From assembly GCA_004431415.1 (NCBI GenBank), contig QPMI01000198.1, forward strand, positions 62,001 through 126,000: a stretch of DNA of 64,000 nucleotides. The letters are read 5' to 3'. The notes below the pieces were generated by a model. That model worked only from the letters and a program-made list of their open reading frames with translations. It searched no databases and had not been told where the DNA came from. Positions 35,072 through 48,500 of this stretch are shown in pieces. Source of the stretch: Cyanophora paradoxa CCMP329 (Eukaryota; Plantae; Glaucophyta). The position numbers and the translations under genes are program-made. The first letter of the stretch is position 1, and each line of letters starts with the position of its first letter.

Positions 35072-37367
35072 ATGCCCGGCCTGGGCGACAGCACAACCGG
35101 GGCGCGCGTCTCGGTGCGTGAATGCATGCATGAGAGCGGCCAGAAGGTCTTCTTCGCCGACCTCAGCGTGGACCTTGCATCGGCGGCCGGCCTCTTCAAG
35201 GCGCACATCGTCCGCACGGCCGGCTGGCCAAATGACGGCCCGCCGGTCTCGCTCTACTGTCGCGGCATTGTGCTGGATGACAGCAAGCCGGCGCGCCGTC
35301 GTCCTCGCCTCCCTAGCTCCTCTGCAGCTGGGACTGACGCCCCCGATGCAGCTAGTGGAGCAGGGCGTCAAGAACGGCAGTAGGATCGTAGTCATCAGGG
35401 TGCGCCTGCCCTCGCGCTTAGCTAAGCGCGCCTGACGTGCCGCAGCGGCGGCCGCCGCCATCGGAGGTCGTCAACACGAGGGAAGGGACCAGCGCCTACG
35501 TCTACCCGCCGCGGGGCCTCTACAGGCGCGCGCGAACGCCCTCCCCTCTGCGCCTGCAACGGCGAGCTAACCTGGCCCCGGCAGGTACGAGGGCGAGTGG
35601 GCGGACAAGAAGAAGTCAGGGCACGGGACGCTGTACCTGGACGGCTTCCCCGTGTACGAGGGCCAGTTCCAGGCGCGTGGCCCGCGGCGAACCCCTCCGG
35701 AGCTCTGTCCGTGACCCGGCAGCAGCACGGGGAGATCGTGGGCCACGGGATCAAGCGCTGGGTGGACGGCTCGAGCTACAGCGGGCAGTTCTACCTCGGG
35801 CACATGCACGGCCAAGGGACCTACCAGGGCGCGCGGGGCACCCCCCTCCCTGGCCCCGGCGGCTCGCCCCGCTCACCGGCCTGCAGGGGCGAGCGGGGAG
35901 ACGTACGAGGGGGAGCACAGGGCCAACCAGCGGCACGGCTTCGGCGTGCTGGCGCAGGCGCGTGCGGGCGACGCTGGCGCGGCCCCGCCCCTCACCTCTC
36001 CTCGCGCTCGCGGCAGGCGTCGGGGGAGCGGTACGAGGGGACGTTCCTGCGGCACCGCGCCCACGGCGAGGGCTCCTGGACCGGCCCCGCCGGCGAGACC
36101 TACACCGGGCAGTGCGCCCCTCCCACCCCGCCCCGCCCCGCCCCCCCGCGCCCCCGCGCTCCGGCCTCCGAGCGCGCGCGCGGGCAGGTGGTACGCGGGG
36201 AAGCGGCAGGGGCGGGGCCTGGCCAAGTGGCCCAGCGGCGACGTCTACGACGGCGAGGCGCGCCCCGGCCGCCCTCAGCGACGCGTGCCGCGCCTGACAC
36301 CTCGCTCGCCGGCGCAGTGGTACGAGGACGCGCGGCAGGGGCTGGGCACCCTCATCGATATGGCGAGTGGCATCACCTACGTCGGCGCGCCCGCCGCCCT
36401 GGGCCCCGAGCTCGGCGCCGGCTCTGACGCGGGGTCGCAGGGGAGTGGCGGGACGACGCGCCGGCGGACCTCCCCGTCGCCCTCCAGTTCTCCTTCCCGC
36501 CCCGCGAGGAGGGCGCCCCCGAGGAGGCCGCTCCGCCCATGCCCCCGACGCCCCGCACCGCCGCCGCCGCCCGCGCCAAGGCCGCCGGCGGCCTCGCCCC
36601 GGGCGGCCCCGCCGGCGCCGGCAGGCCGGCCGTCACGCCGGCGGCGGGGGCGAAGAAGGGCGCGGCGGCGGAGGCGGCGGGGGCGGTGGAGGAGGGCGGG
36701 GAGCCGCCGCAGCGGGTGCTCGAGGTGGAGGGCACCGCGCTGCCCCCCTGAGGCTCCTCTGCCTCCGCGAGGACGGCAACCCCTCCACCTCGGAGTCCAA
36801 CCGCATCCTCCGCGTCCGCCCTTCGTCCCGCCGGCGCCCCTCCCCGCGCTGAGCGGCGCGGCAGGTCTCCGTCTTCCTCGAGGCGGAGGCCGTCGACCCG
36901 AAGGCGGGCGGCAAGCCGGCGGCGGCCGCAGCCGCCAAGGGCGGCGCCAAGGGCGGGGCGGGCAAGGGCGCGCCCCCGGCGCCCGCCGCCGGCGCGGCCA
37001 CGGCGAAGGCCCCGGGGCGCCCGGCGCCCCCGCGGCGGACGCCGGCCCGCCGCAGCCGACGCCGATCCCCTTCGCCGGCCCCAAGTTCGCTCGCTCGGCC
37101 CCCCCGCCCATCTCATCCGCCACGCTCACCGCCGCTCAGGTACCCGCCGGTGTGGTGGGCGACGGCGCGGACGTCGCAGGGGGCGGCGCTCTTCGAGGGC
37201 CTCGCCCTCGACCCCGCCGCCGCCCGCCCGGGCGCCTACACCCTCAAGGCCCGCCCCGCCCCCGCGCCCGTCGCGCGTTCGCTGACGCGCCGCAGTTCGA
37301 GGACGTGACGCCCAACGCGACGCCCCTCCGGCCCTTCTCCCAGCCCCTCAGGCTCTCCATCCTCTAG
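35072..37367 (+). CDS. MORN repeat protein (MORN1-like) with possible N-terminal ubiquitin-like domain
   Basis: About 8 MORN repeats (YEGEW..KKSGHG, YEGQF, YSGQF..HMHGQG, YEGEH, YEGTF, YTGQW, YDGEW, YGEW). C-terminal SESNRILR segment resembles the MORN1 ESGR region. Confidence 0.85.
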
Positions 37368-37517
37368 GCCCACGCCTGCTCTCGTCGCTCTCTTCCACTA
37401 GTACGCTCAGCGGCTCTTTGCGTACAGCTCTATCAAAACCACACAATGTCCACAGCTCTCCCACATCTCTATCACTGCAGTGCGCCCGGCCGGCCGGCTT
37501 CGGGGGCCTACTACGGG

Positions 37518-40500
37518 CTAGAGGAGCCACCAGTGCCCCTTGAGCCCCTTGCCCGTCTCCCGCACCAGCGCCTCCTCCGCCGCCCGCTCGTCCTGCCGGG
37601 CGCTCAGCTTCAGTCTGGGCCGCACGTGCACCGGAGGGGGCGAGGGCGGCGCACGTTGACGCTGAAGAGGTTGAGGGAGGAGAGCGGGGCGGCGCGCGCG
37701 TGCACGCGCCCGCCCGCCGCCAGGATCCACCGCACCACCTGCAGGCCGTCCAGCTCCGCCTGCCGCGCCGACGACGCGGCGGTGCGCTGCGGGCCTCGTC
37801 TCTCAGCGTGGCGCTAAGGAGCGTATGGCTAAGGCTAGGGGGCGGACCTTGTCCTTGCGGGGCGGGGTGAGGCCGGAGGGCGGCGGGCCCGGGGCGGGGG
37901 CGGCGGGGGCGGGCTGCAGGAGGCGGCTCCGGACGACGTTGGCGGAGGGCAGGACGGCCAGGAACTCGAAGCGCGGCAGCGTCGAGCGCGAGCCGACCTG
38001 CGTGGACGTGGGTGAAGTCAGAGCCTCTAAAAAGAAGCAGGGCGGGGGGCGCGCCTCGAGCACGACGCGCCCCTCGGGCAGGCCCTTCACCAGCTCGTCC
38101 ACCTGCGAGCGTTCTGTAAGGGGCGCGGGGCGGGCGGGGCCGCGGGCGGCGGCACCTTCTTGCGGCGGTCGGAGGGAGTGGCGCCGACGAGGGCGACGGC
38201 GGGGCCCCAGAAGGAGCGGAGCTTCTCCGAGTGCAGCGGCTTCCCCGCCTCCATCTGCTTCCTGCGCGCGGGTGGGTCGGAGTGGTACGCGGGGGAGACA
38301 GGGCCAAGAAGGGGCGCACTGGATTTTGCGGCAGAGGCGCCCGTCGCTCCAGGGGTACGCGTCCGGTCCGTCCGCGCCCCGCCGCAGTAGGGCGTAAGCG
38401 AGCTCGGCGGACTGCGGGCAGCGAGACTGAGGAGGCGCGGATTAGATTGGCGGCGGGAGAGCGTACCCAGGGGCCTCCGGGAGGGCAGGGGAGGGCCCGG
38501 ACGGCGAGGCGGCCGCCGCAGAGGGCGATCTCCGTCGGGACGTGGATCTGCGGGAGAGCTCGGGCGCCGGCAGAGAAAAGCGTGGCGCGACGCGCGGGGT
38601 GGCGGACGGCGGGGAAGAGCCCGTCGGACTCGCGGCGGCCGCCGAGGACCCCCACGAGGTGCTTCTGCGCGTCTGCCGGCGCCTCAGAGGCGCGCACGAG
38701 GCCGCGGGAGCGGAGCGCGGCGGGGCGCGCGCACCGCGAGCGAGCTCGATGCCGAGGGCGCGGTAGCCGTCCACCGCATCCTCCAGCCCGTACTGCCCGG
38801 CGCTCAGACGAGAGAAACGAGCCGCGGAGCCAGGGCGGCTTCGGACCTCGATGACGGCGGGCCCCGGCTGTGGCGCGACGCGCCGCGCGAAAGCGGCGAT
38901 GTCGACCATCTGCGGCGTGTCCGTGAGGCACGCCGGGGACCGTGAGAAGGGGGCGCGCCACGCCGGCGTCGAAGTCGTGCCAGCGGCCAAAGCCCTCGTG
39001 GACGTCCTAACAGAGCGTCAGCGAGAAGGAGCTCAGGCGGGCGGGCCGGGGCGGGCCTCGGCGGCGGCGTGGAGGGCGGCGCGGGCGACCTCGCGGCGCC
39101 GCTCGGCCTCGGCCGCCTCGGGGGCGGCGGCCTCGGCGAGGAGGTCGGCGTGGAGGGCGCGGAGGCCCGCCAGCCGCCCCGGCAGGTCGTCGTGCAGCTG
39201 GACTGCCCGCCCCGTCGGCGAGGGGCGCGGGGCAGGGCGGGGCGGGGCGGGCGCACTGGAGACGGAGACGACGGCGCGCTCGCCCCGCCATGGCGACACG
39301 AGCGACTTGTTCTTCGCGTGCGCCGCCCGCATCCTGATCTGCGCGGCGGTGAGGGCGGGCCCGGGGCGGGGCGGGGCGCGCGGGGACGGCTGAGAACCAT
39401 ACTGGGGGCCTCCTTGACGGCGGCGACGAAGGGGGCGACGAGCCATGCCTCCGCAGAGGAGACGCGCCCGTACTGCGAGGGGCGTGGGCGCAGGAAGCGG
39501 AGCCGACGCGACGCGGAGCGGCGCACGAAGTTGCCGTTCAGGTCCACGGCGAACCAGGTGTCGTTGGGCCGGTGCCGCAGGCTCAGCTGCGGCCGGGCGG
39601 GCGTCGGCGAGGCAGAGAGGGGAGCGGGGCGGGGGCGGGCGGACGGAGCCCATCTCCTGGACGGCGCCGACGCAGGCAATGGTGACCTCCTTCCTCGCCT
39701 CCGGCCCCAGACGCGGCGCCGGCTGCTGCTCGATGGCCGCCGCCCGCTCCGCCTTCACCCGCCGCCCGATCCGCACCCCGTCCGACGGCGGCGGAGCTGG
39801 TGGGGCGGGCGGCGCGGCCGGCGGCGGCGGATCGGAGTCAAGGGCGTCGAAGAGGCCGTCCAGGGCGCCCAGGTCCTCGTCTCCGGCCCCCTGCACGGGC
39901 ACGAGCTCCCGCCCCGCCGGCGCTGCCGCCTCGTCCAGGCGGGGCCGCTTCGGGGGCGAGGGGCGGCCCTCCCCCTCGCTCTCGCTGCCGCCGCTCGTGA
40001 GGCGGGAGGCGGCGGCGGGTGTGCCGGATCGATCGCACCTGGCGAGGTCGACGACCTCTGCCGCGGTCGACGAGGCGGGGGAGCTCCCGGCGCCCGAGCC
40101 GGTCTCTCCCGCGGTCCCGGCGGGCTGCGCGGGGCGAGTTAAAGGGATCCGGGAGGCGGCGGGCCGGCTCACTGTCGCGGTTGACGGGTGCTGCGCTAAA
40201 TTGGGGGCTGGCGTCCTCGGGGGCGCCTACGAGAAGTCAACTGGAAGCCAAACCTGGCGGGGAGGGGCAGGGGCGCACCGGCGCGGCATGAGGGGGCTTG
40301 GTCGGCGGGAGCGTCGAAGGCCCTTCTTCATCGCTGTCGATCTCGATCACATCCACGTCGTTCGGAGCCGCCGGCGCTGCGGGCGCCGTCGCGACGGGGG
40401 CAGCTGCAGCTTCAGCAGACGCCGGCGCTGGGATCTCGGAGTTGGGGGGGCATTGGGCGCTCGTCACCTGCACAAGGTTAAAGAAACACGCGCTTAGAGG

Positions 40501-40895
40501 CTTAGAGCGCGGTGACGTTGCGCACGGAGCCGGGCGCGGTCGCGACGCCAGCGGTCGAGGCTGGACCGGAAGCGCCGTGCGTCGCCTGCCGCTTCTTGCC
40601 CGCAGACTTGTTCTTCTGCTTCTTTTGCTCTTCGCGCTCGCGCTCGATGGCGCGCCACTGGCGCCCGAGCTCGTCGATGAATGCTCGCTGGTCGAGGTCC
40701 GCCCGGATCCGAAGCAGCGACGGCGCGAAGCTGGGATCCTCTGAGATGCGCCTCCAGTTCTTGCCGTGCGCCTTGTGCGCCGCCAAGAGCGCCCGCTTTT
40801 CGTCCTGCGCGGCGGGCGCGTTCAAACTTGCGCCCGGCACAGGGGCCGGCCCGGGCGAGCCGCACCTGCGTCCACTCCAGCGGAGCGCTCGACAT
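37518..40895 (-). CDS. Myb/SANT-domain protein with putative HIRAN-like and BRCT-like regions
   Basis: EWTQ|DEKRALLAAHKAHGKNWRRI (Myb pattern), basic NLS, VIEID SIM-like motif, LSLRHRPNDTWFAVDLNGNF|YGRVSSAEAWLVAPF. Ends GHWWLL-TAG. Confidence 0.6.
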
Positions 40896-41302
40896 TGAAA
40901 GCTGCAGGTTGACCCGGCCCGGCTAGCCCAGGAGTGCCCGGCGGCCGGCGGCCGGCTTTCGCTTGAATTTGATCGCTTCTGAGGCGGAGGGGGGTAGAAT
41001 GCGGCTAGGAATTTGATCTCCGGATCCGACCGGCCAGCGCTCTCCCCAGCTGCAGCCCCTCAACGCCAGACGCAAGCAATTGGGTTTACTTGAATAGCAT
41101 TATACATAGCGCTACCGAAACTCTGCTGCTCTAGGCGCATCGAATATACGATAACCAACAAAATCGATCCGAGCGAGCGCGGCCTGAGTCACCCTCGGAT
41201 CCCCCATCGATCGCGAGCTGTTGTCACGACCACGCGTGAGCGGGCGGGCGGGCCAGCGAGCCGGGGCTCGGGGTGGGGCGGGCAGAGGGCGCACCGCAGC
41301 CT

Positions 41303-43694
<2,392 letters not shown>

Positions 43695-44096
43695 CGCTCC
43701 CCGGCTCGGTCGGCGGATGGTGTGCTGGCGAACTCCTGAACACTGCCGAGCTGAAAGGCCGGCGCTGCACGGGGTCCGGTCGGCTGGTCTCAGCTGTGCG
43801 TATCGTGTATGACTTCCGACTTCAGAGAAGTGTACCCGGCCACCGGCCACCGGCCCACCGCCGGCCCACCGGTACCGGGCTTCCTGCGAAGCCAGCCGCA
43901 CCAGCGTTGCTTGAATAGTTGCAAGCCAGCAGCTCTGACAACGTTTTCAGCCCCGAAACTCGCCCGCCGCCACTCGAGCGAGCTCCGGCTTCGAATTCCT
44001 GCGACGCCCCGAGCAACCATATCGATCAGGTCCGGCCAGTCGCGCCTCGCTTGCTTGCGTGGGAATGACCGAGCCGCGTTTCGTGCAGGCTGCAAG

Positions 44097-45230
44097 ATGG
44101 GCGTCTGGTTCGTTCATGCCGAAACCGCCGCGCGCGAGCCGCACCGCTCACTCCTTTTCGCGTCGCAGCAAATGTCGCTCCGTGTCGCAGATGTACTGCT
44201 TCTGCCACAGGCGCCCCTGAATTCCCTACGCGACCCTTTTCGCGCCCGGCTGACCTTCAGCGCCCGCAGGACGCACGTTTGCGAGAACTGCATATGCAAG
44301 GGGCATGAAGTCTGCGTCGTGCGTTCGTATCTGGAATGGGTGCAGGACAGCGAGTACGAGTGGCCGCAGAAGTGCCCGGTCTGCCAGCAGGCGCTGGAGG
44401 AGTCCGCGGACCCAGCCAACCCCACGACCATCCGCCTGATGTGCCGCGACGTCTTCCACGTCGCCTGCCTCGACAAGTACGCCGCGCAGTTCCCCGCGCA
44501 CACCGCCCCCGCCGGGTCCGCTCCTTTTCCTTTCCTTCTCGTCGTCGCCCGTAGCTGACGCCGCCGCGCCTCCGTTAGCTACGTATGTCCGCGGCACCCG
44601 AAGTGCGCGACGCCCATCCTGCCGCCGCCGGAGGCGAAGTCTCTGCTGGCGACGACCATCCGCAACCACGTCGCCGGCGCCAAGTGGGCCCAGTCCCTCT
44701 CCTCCGCCTCTGGGACCTCCGCCGCGGCCTCGGAGGCCTCTCTCGGAGCATCGCCTTCGCCCAGCAGCGGCATGGCGGCGGCCGACGGTGGCGACCGGTG
44801 GGGGCCGGCGAGCCCGTCCGGCAGCGCGGGCGGGGCGGGCGGCAGCGCGGCAGCCCCAACGGCGGCGGCGATGTCGATGGCGCGCGGCGTGGCGTCGCGA
44901 AAGCACCCCGGGGCGTACGAGCGGCCCGGCAGCGACGCGTACGACGGCGAGGAGGAGGACAAGTACCGCAAGCGCTCCTGGCTCAAGAGCGCCCTCGCGC
45001 GCTTCAGCGGCTCGGAGAGCGCGGCCGGCGGCGGCGGCGGCGGCGGTGGCCCGCTGCTGGGCGCGGTGGCGACGGCGCGGGAGCGGGGCGGGACGTCGCG
45101 ACGGACGTACCTGACGGCCTTCGTGGCGCTGCTCCTCTGCTCGGCGATCGTTTTCTACGTGATGACCTCCCGCGTGCCCCACATCCCCAGCGCCCGCCCC
45201 AAGAAGGTCGCCTCCGACTCGTTCTCCTAG
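44097..45230 (+). CDS. ZFPL1: Zinc finger protein-like 1 (Golgi RING/B-box protein)
   Basis: MGVC|KCR...YCFCH|..VCENC...HEVCVVRSYLEWVQDSEY, RING with VFHVACL, HTAPAG|YVCP, DKYRKR and a C-terminal TM helix. Confidence 0.93.
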
Positions 45231-45530
45231 TGGCCCACCAAGGCCCCCGCCCTTGCCCCCTCTCCTTGTGGCCCTTCAAGCCTCTGTTGGTCCGTTGCGA
45301 GTTGAATGCATCTGAGGAGATCTCTTGTACAGCGACTCTCACTGAATTTATATCAAATCCCTGGCCCCAGGCGGTCTTGACCTCTCATGTGTAAATCCAT
45401 CTCGTAGTAATTTCACGTATCAATCAGAGGATTGTCGTCATGAACAATAATGCGCGCGATGGGGAGAGGATATCGCGTGAGAAGTCGATCATAGGGAAAT
45501 CTACCTACAAGCTAGCTATTCACAGGTAGC

Positions 45531-48500
45531 CTAGTTCGCGCCGGCGCCCTCGCCGCCGGAGTAGACGGGGCCGGCAGGAGCCGACGAGTAGACGGGCTGC
45601 GGCGCCGCCGGCTGCTGCAGCGGGACGCGCTCGTAGCCGCCGTACGCCTCGACGTCCTTGGCCTTGCTGCTCTTGCGCTTCTGCCACCAGGTCTTGGCGA
45701 ACCAGCCGCACACGCAGCCGCAGAAGGTCATGAGCGGGATGCCAAGGCAGGCCAGGATGATCACGCCGTTGCGGTCGAGCATCGGGGTCTTGGACGGCGC
45801 GTCGGAGACGACCGAGACCGACTCGACGGTGAGCTTGGTACGGGCGGCGACGTTGGTCCACTGGTCCATCGCACGGCTGCGGACGTCGTTGCCGACCTCG
45901 CCGAGCTCGCGGGCACCATTCTCGCGCGTCTCCTTGACCTCGATCTGTAGGACGACAGAGCCAGTGCTTTGGGAGAGGCGGCGGCGAGCGCCAGCGCCAG
46001 GCTGCTCGGACACGATGCGGAGACGGTCGGCGCGGACGGACTGGCCAGTTTTGGTCAGGTCCTGCGACAGGCCAAGGATGAGGTTGTTGCGGTCCTCCGG
46101 AGACCACTGAGAGATGGTCTTGCCGCGAAGCGTCATGCCGAAGACCAGCGAGGTCGGCGAGACCTGGTCAGTGACAGCTGCACAACACAATGAGAATGCA
46201 TGTTAAAAAATACAGCAACCAGGAATGGAACGGACCTTCGACCACGCTAAAGAGCTCACTCTTGACGAAGCCAGAAAATTCAGTCGGAGCACCAGAGCGA
46301 GATACAGCCTGGATGATAGAGTACTTGATGAAGTACACGCCAGCCGGCACAAATGGCGGGACGACGATGTTCGTGGAGCCCAGTCCGGAGCAGGGGCCGG
46401 TGCCGTCCTCCAAGTTGCAGCGGACGAGCGGGTTGGGGTGCACGAAGCCCAGAAGGCTGCGACGTGTGGTGTTGCGGGTGCCCGTCGAGTTCGTGGTGGT
46501 GCTCGGAGTAGTGGCTGAGCCGCCCGTCGAGTTCGTAGTCGTGCTTGGAGTAGTAGTCGAGCTTCCTGTCGTGTTCGTGCTCGGAGTCGTGGTCGATGTC
46601 GAGCCGCCGGCGGGCGCCGGGGACGGAGTCGGCGTAGCCACGTTCGACGCGCCAACAGCAGCAACGCTCCGCAGCAGAGGCACGCAGGGAACGTTCGGCG
46701 TAGTAGCGCCACCGGTGAGATCAGTTCCCACCCCACCAGTCGTCGCACCACCAGCCATCGAGGTCGTCCACGTGTTGAACGGCCCGGCGCAGAGCTCGAG
46801 GCGCACAGTGGTCGTATCCAGATCAATGCCGCCAGTGAACATCCAGGTTACGTTGTAGACGGTGCCCTTTGTCAGGATCGAGCCAGACGATGGGAAGACG
46901 GGTCCCAGTCCAGTCGGAACAATCGTATAGAACGGCGAGATGTACAGGAGCTCGCGGTTGTTTGGCGCGGCTTGCGTGACAATTGCCAGGTGGACATCAC
47001 CGCTGCCGGCGACGGTCCACTTGTAGCTGCCAGTGTCCGGAATGCTACGCTTCAAAATGTTGCTCGGAACGAACACCGTCGTGTCTGTCGCCTTGGGAAG
47101 AACACCGTCCTTGGGAGCGGGCACCTTATAAAGATCAACTCGGCCCGTGCGGCGCGCATTTGTTGAAGGTGTCCAGGTGATCGTGAGCACACCGCCAAGG
47201 TTGAGGGTCTGATCCGCGGGAATGTTCGAAGGCAAGCCCACGCGGAACGGTGAGGAAACGACAGCATTGGTGTTGTCGCCTCCGATGGCAAGAACACGAA
47301 TTTGGAAGCGAGGATCGTCCGCTCGTCCACCTACACCAGCCGGACTCGCAACAGTCCAGCCAGAAGGAAGGTCCCAGCCACTGTCGCGAACAACGTTCCA
47401 CATGTAGATATTTGAGCCGGAGGTGCAATCGACTTCAGCAATCCTTTGCGAAATTTGTATTTGTCAGCCATATCAGATGCTGTTTTCGAGAAAAAACGAA
47501 CCGGTTTGCGAACACGAAGGTCGTCAGTGATGACTTCAGCTCGTAAAGCTGGATTGAAACACGAGTGCCACAGGCGCAGTTCCAGGTAATGTTCGTCATC
47601 ATGTTGTACTGCACCCCGGGAACGGGATCCAGGTATTGGATGCCGACGGCAACGGTGTCAATGGGAGCTGGGCGTGTGTAAGAATGGGCAAGGAGAAGAG
47701 GAACATCGTTACGCACTCGGATTGACGGTAACCCCAGAAACTGCTCCGAAAACAAGCGAGTCTGCTGATTGGCGGACAAGAAGATTGAACTTCGCGCCGG
47801 GAGGTATCGGAATTCCTGAGGGAACGCTGACGGAGACTGTAGTCGTCGTTCCAGAAGTCGTGCCTGGTGCCGCCGTTGCGAACAAACCGACGGGCTGCGA
47901 AAATGTGAGAAAAGCAGATCACTCTAATCGCAGACCACCCTAATCGCGAACCGCAAGGGATGTGTCAAAGCGATAGCCGGTACCCGCAGTGTTATTTGCG
48001 AGACTCGCACTCAGGAAGCCAACGACGTCGTAAGAATTCGTCCAGGCACCAAGCGTTGGGATGAAGCCCTGTCCGCTGTATTGCATGCCCTTGGAAGACG
48101 GCGCAGTCGAAGTGAACGTCAGCGTGGCAGGGCAACCCTTGGTGATGACGTTGGCGGAGCCAATCGTGATATCGCGAAGAGCGTTGTTCGCATCAACGAG
48201 AGGCTTGGCCATGAGAATAAACGCGTCGGGAATTGCCGAGTAATAGCGAGGCACTGTGCGGTAGGTGCTGGCATCATAAGGTACGGAAGTGCGCGTGTTC
48301 ATCGCGCCAGCGAAAGTAGAGTTTGCCAGAGCATCAACGTTGTCACGTGCCCAACGTGTACTGAAGGAGCCAAGGTTGCCCAGCGTAGAATACGTTCGTT
48401 CGTACGACTGACGTGCAGTCGGGCTGTCTCCGAAGGTGGACATAACTGCCGCTGCGGAGCCCCACCACAACTTGTTCACAACTTGCTCGGAATGCACAGT

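Noticed and set aside
37348-37517. Apparent coding overlap between the Myb-gene ORF (to 37348) and the MORN gene end
   Set aside because: The phase-consistent last exon stops at 37518 (GHWWLL-TAG). The longer ORF is another frame.
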